DNA from: Octopus sinensis
Taxonomy: Eukaryota
DNA: 64,000 nucleotides
Reading direction: 5' to 3'
Assembly: GCF_006345805.1 (NCBI RefSeq)
Contig: NC_043001.1
Coordinates: forward strand, 87,234,001 to 87,298,000
The position numbers and the translations under genes were made by a program. The notes under the pieces were generated by a model that worked only from the letters and a program-made list of their open reading frames with translations, ran no database searches and was not told the origin of the DNA. The number at the start of each line of letters is the position of its first letter. The first letter of the stretch is position 1. Shown here in pieces: positions 53,476-64,000 of this stretch.

Positions 53476-54740
53476 TACTTGTATATACCAGCATTCTAAG
53501 TAGTGAATATATCAGCATAGCTTTATATAAGCTGAGTATGAAATTTATAGAGATACAAGACTTAGAATAATTTTATAAGCTAGTTTTAAAAATAAGATAA
53601 AATAAAATATTTAAAAAATAAAATAAAATAGAATAAACATTATAGAAAAGGGATAAAATGGTTTACTTACTAATACTATGGTAAGGTATATTTAGCTTGT
53701 TAACACCAATAGGGAAGATTTTTAGAAAAATAAATTTTAATAATTCAAAATATTAGACTAAAAATTTATATTTACTTGTTACGATAATACCTATAAAAGA
53801 CTGATGTTTAATATTGGCTAAAGAAATAATTAAGTTATGGATCAATTTTACTTTTAACTAATCTTTTTATAAAATTAAGGGTTATATATATTATAGGTTT
53901 AAGAAGTTATTATTACACCCTACATGATATTCATATTTTCTAATTGGTACTTATTTAGAAAGGTTATTTATATATATATATTTATATATATATATATGTA
54001 TGCATGCATATATATATATATATAACCTGGTGCAATGCCCCAGATTACTATTTTATGTGTACTGTGAAGAACAGGGCTTCAAGAGTACAGCAAAGCATCT
54101 GGTCATTTTCTTTCTGTATTTCTCTTCAAATTATTTTATGTATACCTACGGTACTGTGCACATTTAAAATCTGACATTTTCATGCATAAAAGTAGTTGTA
54201 ACATTTTTATTTGTTTGGAAAAGATTCTGTGGAAACATATTTTAATTTATAACATGGAAGTCAAAGAAAAAGTAGGCTTTGCATTATGGAATTCTGCTTT
54301 TTATAAGATTTTCAGGAATGTGGAATTCCATATTGTGAAGGATGTCTGTCAGAGCAAACCAAACACTTTCACAGATCATACATCACATATTTTCATGTAA
54401 TTGCTGATCATTGTTTTTGAAAAAGTAATAACATAAAACAAAAAGAGAAATTAAAATCAAATCTGAGGCCTTTTATTCAAAGGAAATAAACTTTGTTGCC
54501 TTAGTATTGTCAATGGCATTTATACCATTCTTTCCTCATCTTTTTCAGTGTGACCATTGTAAAATAAAAATAACGGTTCATTGTTCTTCTTTATTTAAAC
54601 TTTTTGATAAAACAAATATGCATAACCAAAAGCTGACTATGCTTTTCTTCCTTAAGCTAAGTAAATAATAGTTCACATTGTAGTTTCTGTTTTTATACTT
54701 GTGTATTTGATCTATATCTGTTACAGTATTATTAAGCAGT

Positions 54741-54996
54741 TCTATATTTAAGAGATGAGGAATTATGTCCATTATTTACATTAGATGTATATTTGTCCTC
54801 ATCTTGTTTGTTGTTAACACAAAGTTTCGGTTGATATACCCTCCAGCTTTCATCAGGTGCCTTGAGGAAATTTTGATCCTAGGTTCTCATTCCTAAAGTA
54901 ATTTTCGATGTTATTATTATTATTCAGGTCACTGCCTGGAATCGAACTCAGAATCTTGGGGTTAGTAGCCCGCTCTCTTAACCACGATGCCCACGG
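54741..54996 (-). mobile_element. tRNA-head + (AAT)n + hammerhead-bearing SINE-like unit (copy 1)
   Basis: Minus strand: TGGTTAAGAG (A box), GTTCGATTCC (B box), (AAT)n, then GCAC-CTGATGA-A-AGCTG..CAACC-GAAA-CTTT-GTGT at 54860-54817. Confidence 0.8.
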
Positions 54997-55002
54997 GTAT
55001 AT

Positions 55003-55070
55003 GTTGTAGTGGTTAAGAGTGTGGGCTATTAACCCCAAGATTCCAAGTTCGATTCCAGGCAGTGACCTGA

Positions 55071-55119
<49 letters not shown>

Positions 55120-56219
55120 TAATAATGAAATTATTGTATACAGTGCTCAGGTGCACCACAACTTGTCAGAAAGTGCGTATAGAGTATATGCAGTAATGTA
55201 CAAATGTCTGGAAAGTGAACAATGTATGAGTCAGATACATGCTTGTGTGTGTATGGAGGGGAGAAAATCAGGCGTAGTGTTGGCAAATCTCAGAAAGCAT
55301 GGAAGTTTTGAAGGATGCAGTGCTCCGACAACTAACAACTGATGCCAGCAGTTTGTTCCATGCTTCAGCAACTCTCAGCGTGAAAAAATGTTTCCTAAAG
55401 TCATGGTAGCTGTGCTGCTTTCTGACTTTGTAAATATGTCCACAGGTGTTAGACGGGTGGAGTTTGAAAAGGTGCTCAGAGTTATTGTTTGTAAGATGGT
55501 TGATAATTTTATGTGTGTCTGCCAAGTCAGCTGCCAGACGTCGGAGTTTCAATGTGTCCATGCCCAGGGAAGTAAGGCGTTCAGAATATGGCAAATGCTT
55601 GATGGAGGGTATTCATTTGGTTGCACGTTGCTGAACGGCTTCCAGATGATTGATATCCTGGGCAAGATAGGGGTTCCAGACCGGTGATGCAAATTCCAGG
55701 TGAGGTCTTACCATAGCTATATAAAGCCACAGATAGTCGGAGAGCGGCTCACAAAGGATTTGGTGAGTGATGCCGAGACACCCTCAGCCTTCTTGACAAT
55801 TTTAGCGATGTGTTTTGTCCAACACAAATCACTGTCAATAACACCCAGGTCACGTTCACATGAAGACTTTTTGAGATTAGTGTTGTGGAGGGAGTAGGTG
55901 GACGCTGGGTTTCTCCTCCCAAAATGCATGGTGGTACATTTGTCCACAGCCAGCTTGAGTTGCCAGTCCATGATCCACTGCTGCATTGTGTCTAGGTTTG
56001 CTTGCAATAGAGATCTATAGTGTACAGGATCTGACCTCTTTATTTCGAGGTAATAAAAGTAATAATAATAGTAATAGTAATAATAACATCGAAAAATACC
56101 TTAGGAATGAGAACCCAGGTTCGAAATTTCCCAAAGACACCTGATGAAGGCTGGAGGGTATATCATCCGAAATGTGTTAACAACAAACAAGATGAGGACA
56201 AATTGTAAATAATGTAAAT
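55003..56219 (+). mobile_element. tRNA-head + (AAT)n + hammerhead-bearing SINE-like unit (copy 2), split by a CR1 insertion
   Basis: Head at 55003-55068 and tail at 56065-56219, both homologous to copy 1. ACAC-CTGATGA-A-GGCTG..CATCC-GAAA at 56137-56172 has the cleavage triplet region deleted. Confidence 0.8.
55071..56050 (-). mobile_element. 5'-truncated CR1-clade LINE with (ATT)n tail
   Basis: WQLKLAVDKCTTMHFGRRN...ERDLGVI..DLCWTKHI...YSERL..LGMDTLKLRRLAADL...RKHFFTLRVAEAWNKL are typical CR1 RT C-terminal motifs. Confidence 0.9.
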
Positions 56220-56508
56220 AGTATTATTAAGCAGTCTTGTGTATTGTACCCCCATTAAACTCTCTCAATATCATAAAGTGCTCTATTGCTTGCATTTGTC
56301 ATTATTCATTAACACACACACACGAACACATATACACACACATATTGAGCAAATACATAAACTGTTATTGACTTTAAAAATTCTTTTTGTTGCTTTCTTG
56401 TTTTCAATCTTATATACTTTCAGTGGTTTACTGCAAACTCCATTAGTTAAATTACGGAGATGTACTTGCATAGCAAGTGACCTAATCTGAGAGCGAGTGC
56501 TAGAACGA

Positions 56509-56797
56509 AAACAATTGCAGGGTGGAAGGTGTTTATAAGCCATTTAAGAAACACACAAAAACCGTTAGATTCACTTCAACATTTAAATGTAATTTGTCAA
56601 AATATTTTCATCGCTTTGAGACCGCGACGTCTTCACTGACAAAACTCTGTGCAGCATGGAATTTTGTTTGTGAAGAGGTTGCTGTCTCAAAGCGACGAAA
56701 ATATTTTGACAAATTAAATTTAAATGTTGAAGTGAATCTAACAGTTTTTGTGTGTTTCTTAAATGGCTTATAAACACCTTCCACCCTGCAATTGTTT
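56509..56797. repeat. Near-perfect 289-bp palindrome; each arm carries a hammerhead-like fold with a G3 core
   Basis: Arms 56509-56644 and 56662-56797 are reverse complements. Minus 56641-56595 reads UGUCA-GUGAAGA-C-GUCGC..GCGAU-GAAA-AUAUUU-UGACA. Plus 56665-56711 is the equivalent. Confidence 0.85.
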
Positions 56798-57047
56798 CCA
56801 TTAGTTAAAAATTTATTAAAATGATCAGAGCTGGCTTCAACCTTCTTTCCTTTAGATCAGGTGCCATCTGCTGAGGTACATGCTTAACATGCACTTTCCG
56901 ATGCCTAAAGTCTTCCGCCATCTTCTGTAATGCATTGTAACCACAGTCTCATTGTGCATCTTTCCACATGAATCTAATTCTTCATTTGCTAATCATTCAT
57001 GTCAGTGGTCACAGTTGATGATCTCCCACTGCATAGTTTGGTATTCA

Positions 57048-58450
57048 TCTCTTATTATAAAAGGCAGATTTTATCTGCCTCCCTTTGTCTCTTATAGAAA
57101 TCTACAATATAGGATTTCTTCAATTACAATTTACCTAGCATTTTTAAGAGTAGAATGCATCGGGTCTTGCCAGGTCCACTTTTTAAAATTTCAACCCCAA
57201 TTAAGCAAAATTTAGAGAAAACTCACATTGTGGTGTATAAGTCAAATGCTTCTCTTAGTGTGGGCTACAGCACACGCAAACGCAAACACACAGTGTGCAA
57301 CGAATAAAGTGAAAGTAATTCACTTTTTGTAGTGAGTGATTCTTTCACTCTACATTCCCACTTCCTCTTTACACACATAGACACGCAAATATATAAATAA
57401 AATTGTAAGCTAACGTGTGTGTGTGTGTGTGTGCGTGTATGTGTGTGTGAGGGTGTGTGTGTGCGTGTGCGTGAGTGTGTGACAGGAAAGTTTTTTAGGG
57501 TGAATATAAGACCTATATCTAAGTAGCAGAAAGATCACCCAAAAGTGTATATAGATATTTAAATGTATTTATATATTCATCTATACACAGATGTATGTAT
57601 AATGTGTGTGTATATATTTCCATAGAGGTAACCTTTCACTCCATACAAAGTTTTTTAGGACGAATATAAGATCTAAAGTATATACAAGTAGCAGAAAGAT
57701 CGCCCAAAAGTGTATATAGATATTTAAATGTATTTATATATTCATCTATACACAGATGTATGTATAATATGTGTGTGTATATATTTCCATAGACGTAACC
57801 ATTCACTCCGCACAAAGTTTTTTAGGACGAAAATCTCTTATTATAAAAGGCAGATTTTATCTGCCTCCCTTTGTCTCTTATAGAAATCTACAATATAGGA
57901 TTTCTTCAATTACAATTTACCTAGCATTTTTAAGAGTAGAATGCATCGGGTCTTGCCAGGTCCACTTTTTAAAATTTCAACCCCAATTAAGCAAAATTTA
58001 GAGGAAACTCACATTGTGGTGTATAAGTCAAATGCTTCTCTTAGTGTGGGCTACAGCACACGCAAACGCACACACAGTGTGCAACGAATAAAGTGAAAGT
58101 AATTCACTTTTTGTAGTGAGTGACTCTTTCACTCTACATTCCCACTTCCTCTTTACACACATAGACACGCAAATATATAAATAAAATTGTAAGCTAACGT
58201 GTGTGTGCGCGTGTGTGTGTGCGTGTGTGTGTGTGTGTGCGTGTGCGTGAGTGTGTGACAGGAAAGTTTTTTAGGACGAATATAAGACCTATATCCAAGT
58301 AGCAGAAAGATCGCCCAAAAGTGTATATAGATATTTAAATGTATTTATATATTCATCTATACACAGATGTATGTATAATGTGTATGTATATATTTCCATA
58401 GAGGTAACCTTTCACTCCATACAAAGTTTTTTAGGACGAATATAAGATCT
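57048..58450 (+). repeat. Tandem duplication (period ~786 bp) of a Helitron-like unit with (GT)n and ~160-167-bp internal repeats
   Basis: A|TCTCTTATTATAAAAGGCAG starts at 57048 and 57834, and the two copies are near identical. No CTAG 3' end was seen, so the Helitron identity is tentative. Confidence 0.8.
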
Positions 58451-59898
58451 GCTGGTCTTCCATAAACAATCTTGCCCAGACTTGTGCCTGGGAGGGTAAC
58501 TTTCTAGGTGCAAACCCACGGTCAGTCATGATCGAAGGGGGTCCCAACCAACCATGTTAAGTTAATATTTAAGTGTATAAATATTGAACTATTTCTATAT
58601 TTTATTTTCCTACCTTTAATATATACTTTAATATATACTAAAAGTATTCATAAATATTCTTCTTAATAATCTTTGGAATAACCCTAAGCTTTATCTGTAT
58701 ATATAATACTTTATCTCGTTCAGCTTAACAGCCCTTCTTGTCTTGTTATTCTCTTTGTCCTGTCTTTTACTGTTTATATTTTGTACTGTCGTTACTGTCC
58801 TGTTTTTGTTACCATTTTTACCCCTCCGCAAAAAGATCTCAAATTTTATTTAATTTGCTTTTCGCGGGAAGGAGAGTTTCAATCAAAGATGCGTATCGCC
58901 TTCACCTTCAAAACGCAGAGTAGATAAAACCATGGCGACTGAAGAAGGGGAATTTTCCTTGTGTTATTTGTCCTGTACTCTATTTTTTCGTTGTTTAAGA
59001 AAAATGTCCAGTTCCTTGGTTTTGTGTTTATGTTTTTGTTTCTCATTGTGTTCAACGTTTTTTTGGTGTCCTGTACCCATATATGCATGTATATATACAT
59101 GTAGAGGTAGGTACATACATATATGTATGTATATATGCATATATTTTATTTATTAATTTATTATATATATATATATAGTAGCATTGTTTTATAGTAGTTA
59201 ACTGTCCCATTAGCATTGGTCTGCTTAATAGAAGCCAGCATCTCATATGAAATATTCTCTTACTGAAACTCATGACATTGCTTCAAATAAATCTTGATTT
59301 ATGACTATGCCATTTAGAATGTCTGTCTACTCCACCAACTCTACCCCAACCCAAACAGATTCTACCCTCTGTCTTCTCTCAGAATTGATAAACTAGTCTA
59401 TAAACTAAAAACTGACCCCATCCCCCATAATTAAAACTAAATAACAGAAAAATTAGTGAAAAGCAGTGTCTTCTTGAAACAATTTCAGTTACAACTGTGA
59501 TGTTGTTGGTAAAGCATGTTCTTTGTCTATCTCCTTATCCTCTTGGAGATTTTGGATAAAATCATACTAATGTGTCCTTCTAATTTAATTAAATTCTATG
59601 TCTTTGTGCAGCTGAAGATTGCTCTACATTTTAAATTGACGTGATGAAATGATTGCATTGTTCAATTAAATGGAGTCACATGAAATGCTCATACTGCATT
59701 ACTTCCTGATATCCTTGTTGCTTATTTTGATATATATATATGAATAGATAGATAGATATTGATATATACAACGGGAAGGTTTACGAAAATAAACAAAAGA
59801 CGAAAGCAGGTTTACGAAAATGAACAGAAGACGAAGGCAGGTGGAGTACAAACAAACAATTGTATTAGTATGGCACTCAGGAATAGAAATATAACAAG

Positions 59899-59936
59899 TC
59901 TTTTACGTTTCGAGCCTACGCTCTTCGACAGAAAGA
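59899..59936 (-). ncRNA. Minimal hammerhead-like motif, A6U core variant, in a PLE terminal remnant
   Basis: UCUUU-CUGUCGA-A-GAGC(guag)GCUC-GAAA-CGUA-AAAGA. Flanks are homologous to the 47800 locus. Confidence 0.65.
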
Positions 59937-60171
59937 TACACAGAAAGGAAACAAGGAGAGAAAAAAATTGCGTGTAGGAGCTAACAATCCAACATACATA
60001 TATAAATATTCTATAATTATAAACATAATTATAATTAGAGGTCAGCTAATTGCTTCACCACATACCGAATTTAGATAGGAGTTAAAAAATTCCTTTTCTA
60101 CTACCGTAAGAATCTCCCAGACAGTAATATAGGCAAAAAGAAAAATAATGAATCTACACAACTTGGATTAG

Positions 60172-60230
60172 CCACATACGCGTTTCGAGATTAAAGTATA
60201 TTTACTTACTTATTCTCATTATCAGTGTAG
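60172..60230 (-). ncRNA. Hammerhead-like motif, G8A core variant, long loop 2
   Basis: CUACA-CUGAUAA-U-GAGA..UCUC-GAAA-CGCGUA-UGUGG, with palindromic ACGCGU. Confidence 0.5.
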
Positions 60231-60485
60231 CATTTCAAATATAAAATTTGAAAGTGCTAAGGTTAAATGTGTATACAATCAAGCCTCATCACACAACAGA
60301 TATCCAACCAACACTTCTAAAATTTACACAGCCGAATGTGAATACATATTTATCCCTTGTACCCATGTGTATGTTACGAGCAATCCTGCAGTTTTCGATC
60401 AGGGAGTAAATTATAATTTCAATATTAATAATAAAAGGGTAAAATTAATTAATTAATTAATAATTTTATATATATATATATGTAT

Positions 60486-60521
<36 letters not shown>

Positions 60522-60563
60522 CAATAATATTTATATATGTGTATATATTATATATATATATAT

Positions 60564-60596
<33 letters not shown>

Positions 60597-60719
60597 CATG
60601 CACACTCACATACATATCATTATCATCATCATCATTGTCATCATTTAATGTCCACTCTCATGGTGGCATGGGTTGGACGGTTTGACTGAAAACTGCTCAG
60701 CTGGAGCCTTGCAACAGTT

Positions 60720-60852
60720 TTATATATATATATATATATATCTATTATATATATTATATTATTATATATATTATATATATATATATATTTTATATTTATT
60801 ATATATATTTATATATATATATATATATTTATTAATATATATATATATATAT

Positions 60853-60884
<32 letters not shown>

Positions 60885-61210
60885 ATATATATTTAATATA
60901 TTATATATATATATTTATATATATATATATATATTTATATATATTATATATATATTTTATATAGATATATATTATATATATTTATATAATATATTATATA
61001 TTATATATACATGGTTGTATATGTAGATTCATATATAGAGATATGTATATATATATATATATTAGAGAGAGAGAGAGAGAGAGAAGAGAGCGAGAGAGAG
61101 AGAGGAAAGAGAGAGAGAGAGAGAGAGATAAATAGATAGATAGATAGATAGACAGACAGGACAGACCACACACACCACACACACACACACACGCACATGC
61201 ACACACACAC
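60720..61210. repeat. Compound (TA)n/(GA)n/(GATA)n/(CA)n low-complexity tract
   Basis: Directly visible. Confidence 0.95.
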
Positions 61211-62464
61211 GCACATTTATAGCAGCTATTGAAATAAGTATTCTACCAGTTATACCTAAAATATTTTTTTTCGAGCGAAGTGTTCAGAAAACTCAATAAA
61301 AGTGAACAAAATTTAACTCAATGCAAATAATACAATATCATAAAAGTCTAACTAAAATGAAAAGCTATTTAGATACAAAATCAAGCTGCATCATATATTC
61401 TATAGCTTCTCCAGATGCAATTATGTTCCAAGCTGTTAAACATTCATAATGGTATATGACTACACAGCTTCATCACTGAAAATGTAAAGAAAGTTATGTG
61501 GGAGTATTATTATTTATGAGTTGTGACATGTAGCCATATATTTTTACGAATGTCTGTCTGTGAGGAAGAAAATGATCAATAAGAGTTATAGAAGATATTA
61601 TTTGTTTGTTTTGTTTGTTTCACTGAGTGACTTGGTTTTGTATTCAGGTGTTCTTCATTTAAACTGTAAATATATACATACATACATACATACATACATA
61701 CAAACATACACATATATATATATGTGTGTGTGTAATATATATATACTCACACGATGCTGATGACGATGGCAATGATGATGATGAGGAGGAGGAAGATGGC
61801 TATGATGATGATGATGATACCATATATGTATATATTATACATAGATTTCTTTTTTATTTGCACACACATACCACACATCTATGTATGCAAAAATGTCTGT
61901 CTCAAGACTACAGACTCACTAGGCTGGAGTTTCTAGTTTGTCATGAGTCCAAGAGAGGTGAAACATTAGCTATATATATGGTGAATAAAAGAGGAAGGAA
62001 CACCATAAAAATTTAACTGAAAGCTGCTGGAACCTGAGCCATACCTGAACAGAAGCAGTTGGTGTAGATTTTGCTTAGCTGAGAGGAGGATAATTCCATA
62101 AAACTTTCATGGTCCAGGTGACTTCTTGTACTTAAAAGGTGAAACTTTTAATTACTGCTCTCATGGTAGAAAATTTATTCTACATCATCATCTTTAATGT
62201 CTGTCTTTCATGCTGGCATGGGTTGGACAGTTCAACCAGAGCTAGCAAACTGGAGAACTGCACCAGGTTTTAGTCTGATTTAGCATGGTTTCTATGGGTG
62301 GATGCCCTTCCTAATGCCAACCACTTTACAGTGTGTGCTGAGTGCTTTTAATATGGCACCACACAAGCATTTTTACATGGCATTGGCACAAGTGTTTTCT
62401 CTGTGACACCAGCACATGACTCTTGCAGACCAATCCTCTTCACCAGGGTGTGTTGCCATATATA

Positions 62465-62665
62465 TCATCATCATTGTTTAACATCTGTTTTCCATGCTAG
62501 CATAGGTTGAACAGTTCGACTGGGGTCTGGGAAGCCAGGAGGCTACACCAGGCTCCAGTCTGATCTGGCAATATTTCTACAGCTGGATGCCCTTCCTAAC
62601 GCCAACCGCTCCGTGAGTGTAGTGGGTGCTTTTTACTTGCCACCGACACAGTTTGCCACCGGTGA
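62465..62665 (-). mobile_element. Family-A copy (a second, more diverged copy lies at about 62185-62440)
   Basis: catcatcattgtttaac...gatgcccttcctaacgccaac. Confidence 0.8.
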
Positions 62666-62688
62666 CAATATATATATGTGTGTACATA

Positions 62689-63570
62689 CAGGAATCCCTT
62701 GCTTTATGGAAGTAATGCATTCCTGAAAATTTGGCTGTAACACAAAATTCCATAATGTGAAATTGATTTTCATATTATTAGATTGCATTCCTATGCACTT
62801 TTCTAAAAAAAAAAAAGGGAGCACAAGAAAACAACAATGGGCAAGCAACTCAATTGCCTTTACACATGAAAATAACCACTTCTAAAACACAAAGTACAAT
62901 ACAGATATATAAAAATACAAAGACATTTCAAGAGGAATAAATTGGGGATTTGATAAGAAGCACAATATTGTGAGCATATTGTTCTTATCAGGGATGTTGA
63001 CTACAGTGTGAGGTGTGGTGGCAGAATGAGTGTGACTTGGAAGATAAGGAACAACACCTTATAGCTCATTGTCATGAACATCGCTTTGGGGAGTGAAGAA
63101 GGTGTTTGTTGTTTATGATGCATCATCTCTTTGTATAGCTCAGTATAGGAACTGAGCTCATTGTAAGATCCTCTTGTAATTTTTATGTTACACTCACATT
63201 TAGGATCGTTATCGTTAATAATCTGCAGACTATCCTCTATAAGTCCCAACCCTTTAATAATAATATTTATAATCAAATTAAGTAGAACTTCCGTTGTCCC
63301 TTCTATTCTCAGCTTTGTCTTTGTCTAACAGCAGCAGCTCCTTATTAGATAAAGTTTCTCTCTGGGACACTAATAACTCAATCACCTCATTCTCTATAAC
63401 TTCTTCAAATCCTACATCATATCTTTCTGGATTTGATCTAGATCTCTGCTTGAACAAAACTTGTCACAGATACAGTCTGACCATATACATTTCCAGGCAT
63501 TATTTAAAGTTCAAGGTTTCACTTCATCCCATGACTCAGCTATATTATTCACAGCATCCATTATGCTGAA
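62689..63570 (-). mobile_element. Pogo/Tigger-like DNA transposon 3' remnant
   Basis: TA|CAGGAATCCCTTGCTTTA terminus. Minus-strand text GLGLIEDSLQII..NDPKCECNIKITRG....SYTELYKEM..KQQT resembles Tigger transposase C-termini. Confidence 0.5.
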
Positions 63571-63594
63571 TTTCTGCCAGAAATCTCTAACTAC

Positions 63595-63814
63595 AAGGCG
63601 GTGAGCTGGCAGAAGCGTTAGCACACCGGGCGAAATGCTTAGTGGTATTTCGTCTGCTGTTACGTTCTGAGTTCAAATTCCGCCCAGGTTGACTTTGCCT
63701 TTCATCCTTTCAGGGCCGATAAATTAAGTACCAGTTACGCACTGGGGATGTAATCGACTTAATCCCTTTGTTTGTCCCCTCTGTGTTTAGCCCCTTGTGG
63801 GCAATAAAGAAATA
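63595..63814 (+). mobile_element. Full-length CORE-type tRNA SINE (family C) with 15-bp target-site duplication
   Basis: A-box-like gagctggcagaa, B box gagttcaaattcc, CORE-like ttgcctttcatccttt. TSD AGAAATCTCTAACTA at 63579-63593 and 63815-63829. Confidence 0.9.
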
Positions 63815-64000
63815 AGAAATCTCTAACTATAGGTTTATCCTCCCTGTCAATTGCTTTAATGAGTTGTTTTAAAGTTCTTCTCATATGATATCACTTGAAG
63901 TTAGCTATCACACCTTGATCTATTGGCCGGAGCAAAGAAATTATATTCTTGAGAATGTATTCTTCCGCATTATCAGAAAGATCATCTAAATTTGCTGAGT

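Noticed and set aside
53500-53960. Very AT-rich tract resembling a mitochondrial rRNA insertion (NUMT)
   Set aside because: No conserved 16S or 12S motifs were found. It weakly resembles 58560-58760 in reverse and is more likely a decayed repeat.
54925-55068. Two tRNA genes
   Set aside because: The A and B boxes are present but there is no convincing cloverleaf or acceptor stem. Both run into the same downstream repeat body, so they are SINE-type heads.
58930-59010. CTGAAGA followed by a weak stem as another hammerhead
   Set aside because: There is no properly placed GAAA and no closing stem I.

Overview
AT-rich, repeat-dense animal genomic DNA. The SINE, RTE and microsatellite content looks like Octopus (cephalopod); this is my recognition of the repeat families, not a database result. 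One gene is firmly supported: a + strand FAM107-family gene with four coding exons between 27301 and 36533. Its first exon could not be located. Three candidate exons at 1-7494 may be the 3' end of an unidentified upstream gene. Most of the rest is mobile DNA: tRNA/CORE SINEs, RTE and CR1 LINE fragments, mariner, hAT and pogo fossils, TTAA-flanked MITEs, non-autonomous Helitrons and Penelope-like elements (PLEs). The main result is a cluster of minimal type-I hammerhead ribozyme (HHR) motifs at 47.8-60.2 kb. It includes (i) a non-coding 354-bp retrozyme-like monomer with an intact canonical HHR and a PLE-type tandem plus inverted-end layout, and (ii) a tRNA-headed, HHR-bearing SINE-like unit inserted as a head-to-head dimer inside a 16-bp target-site duplication. 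Ribozyme activity and novelty are inferred and need testing.
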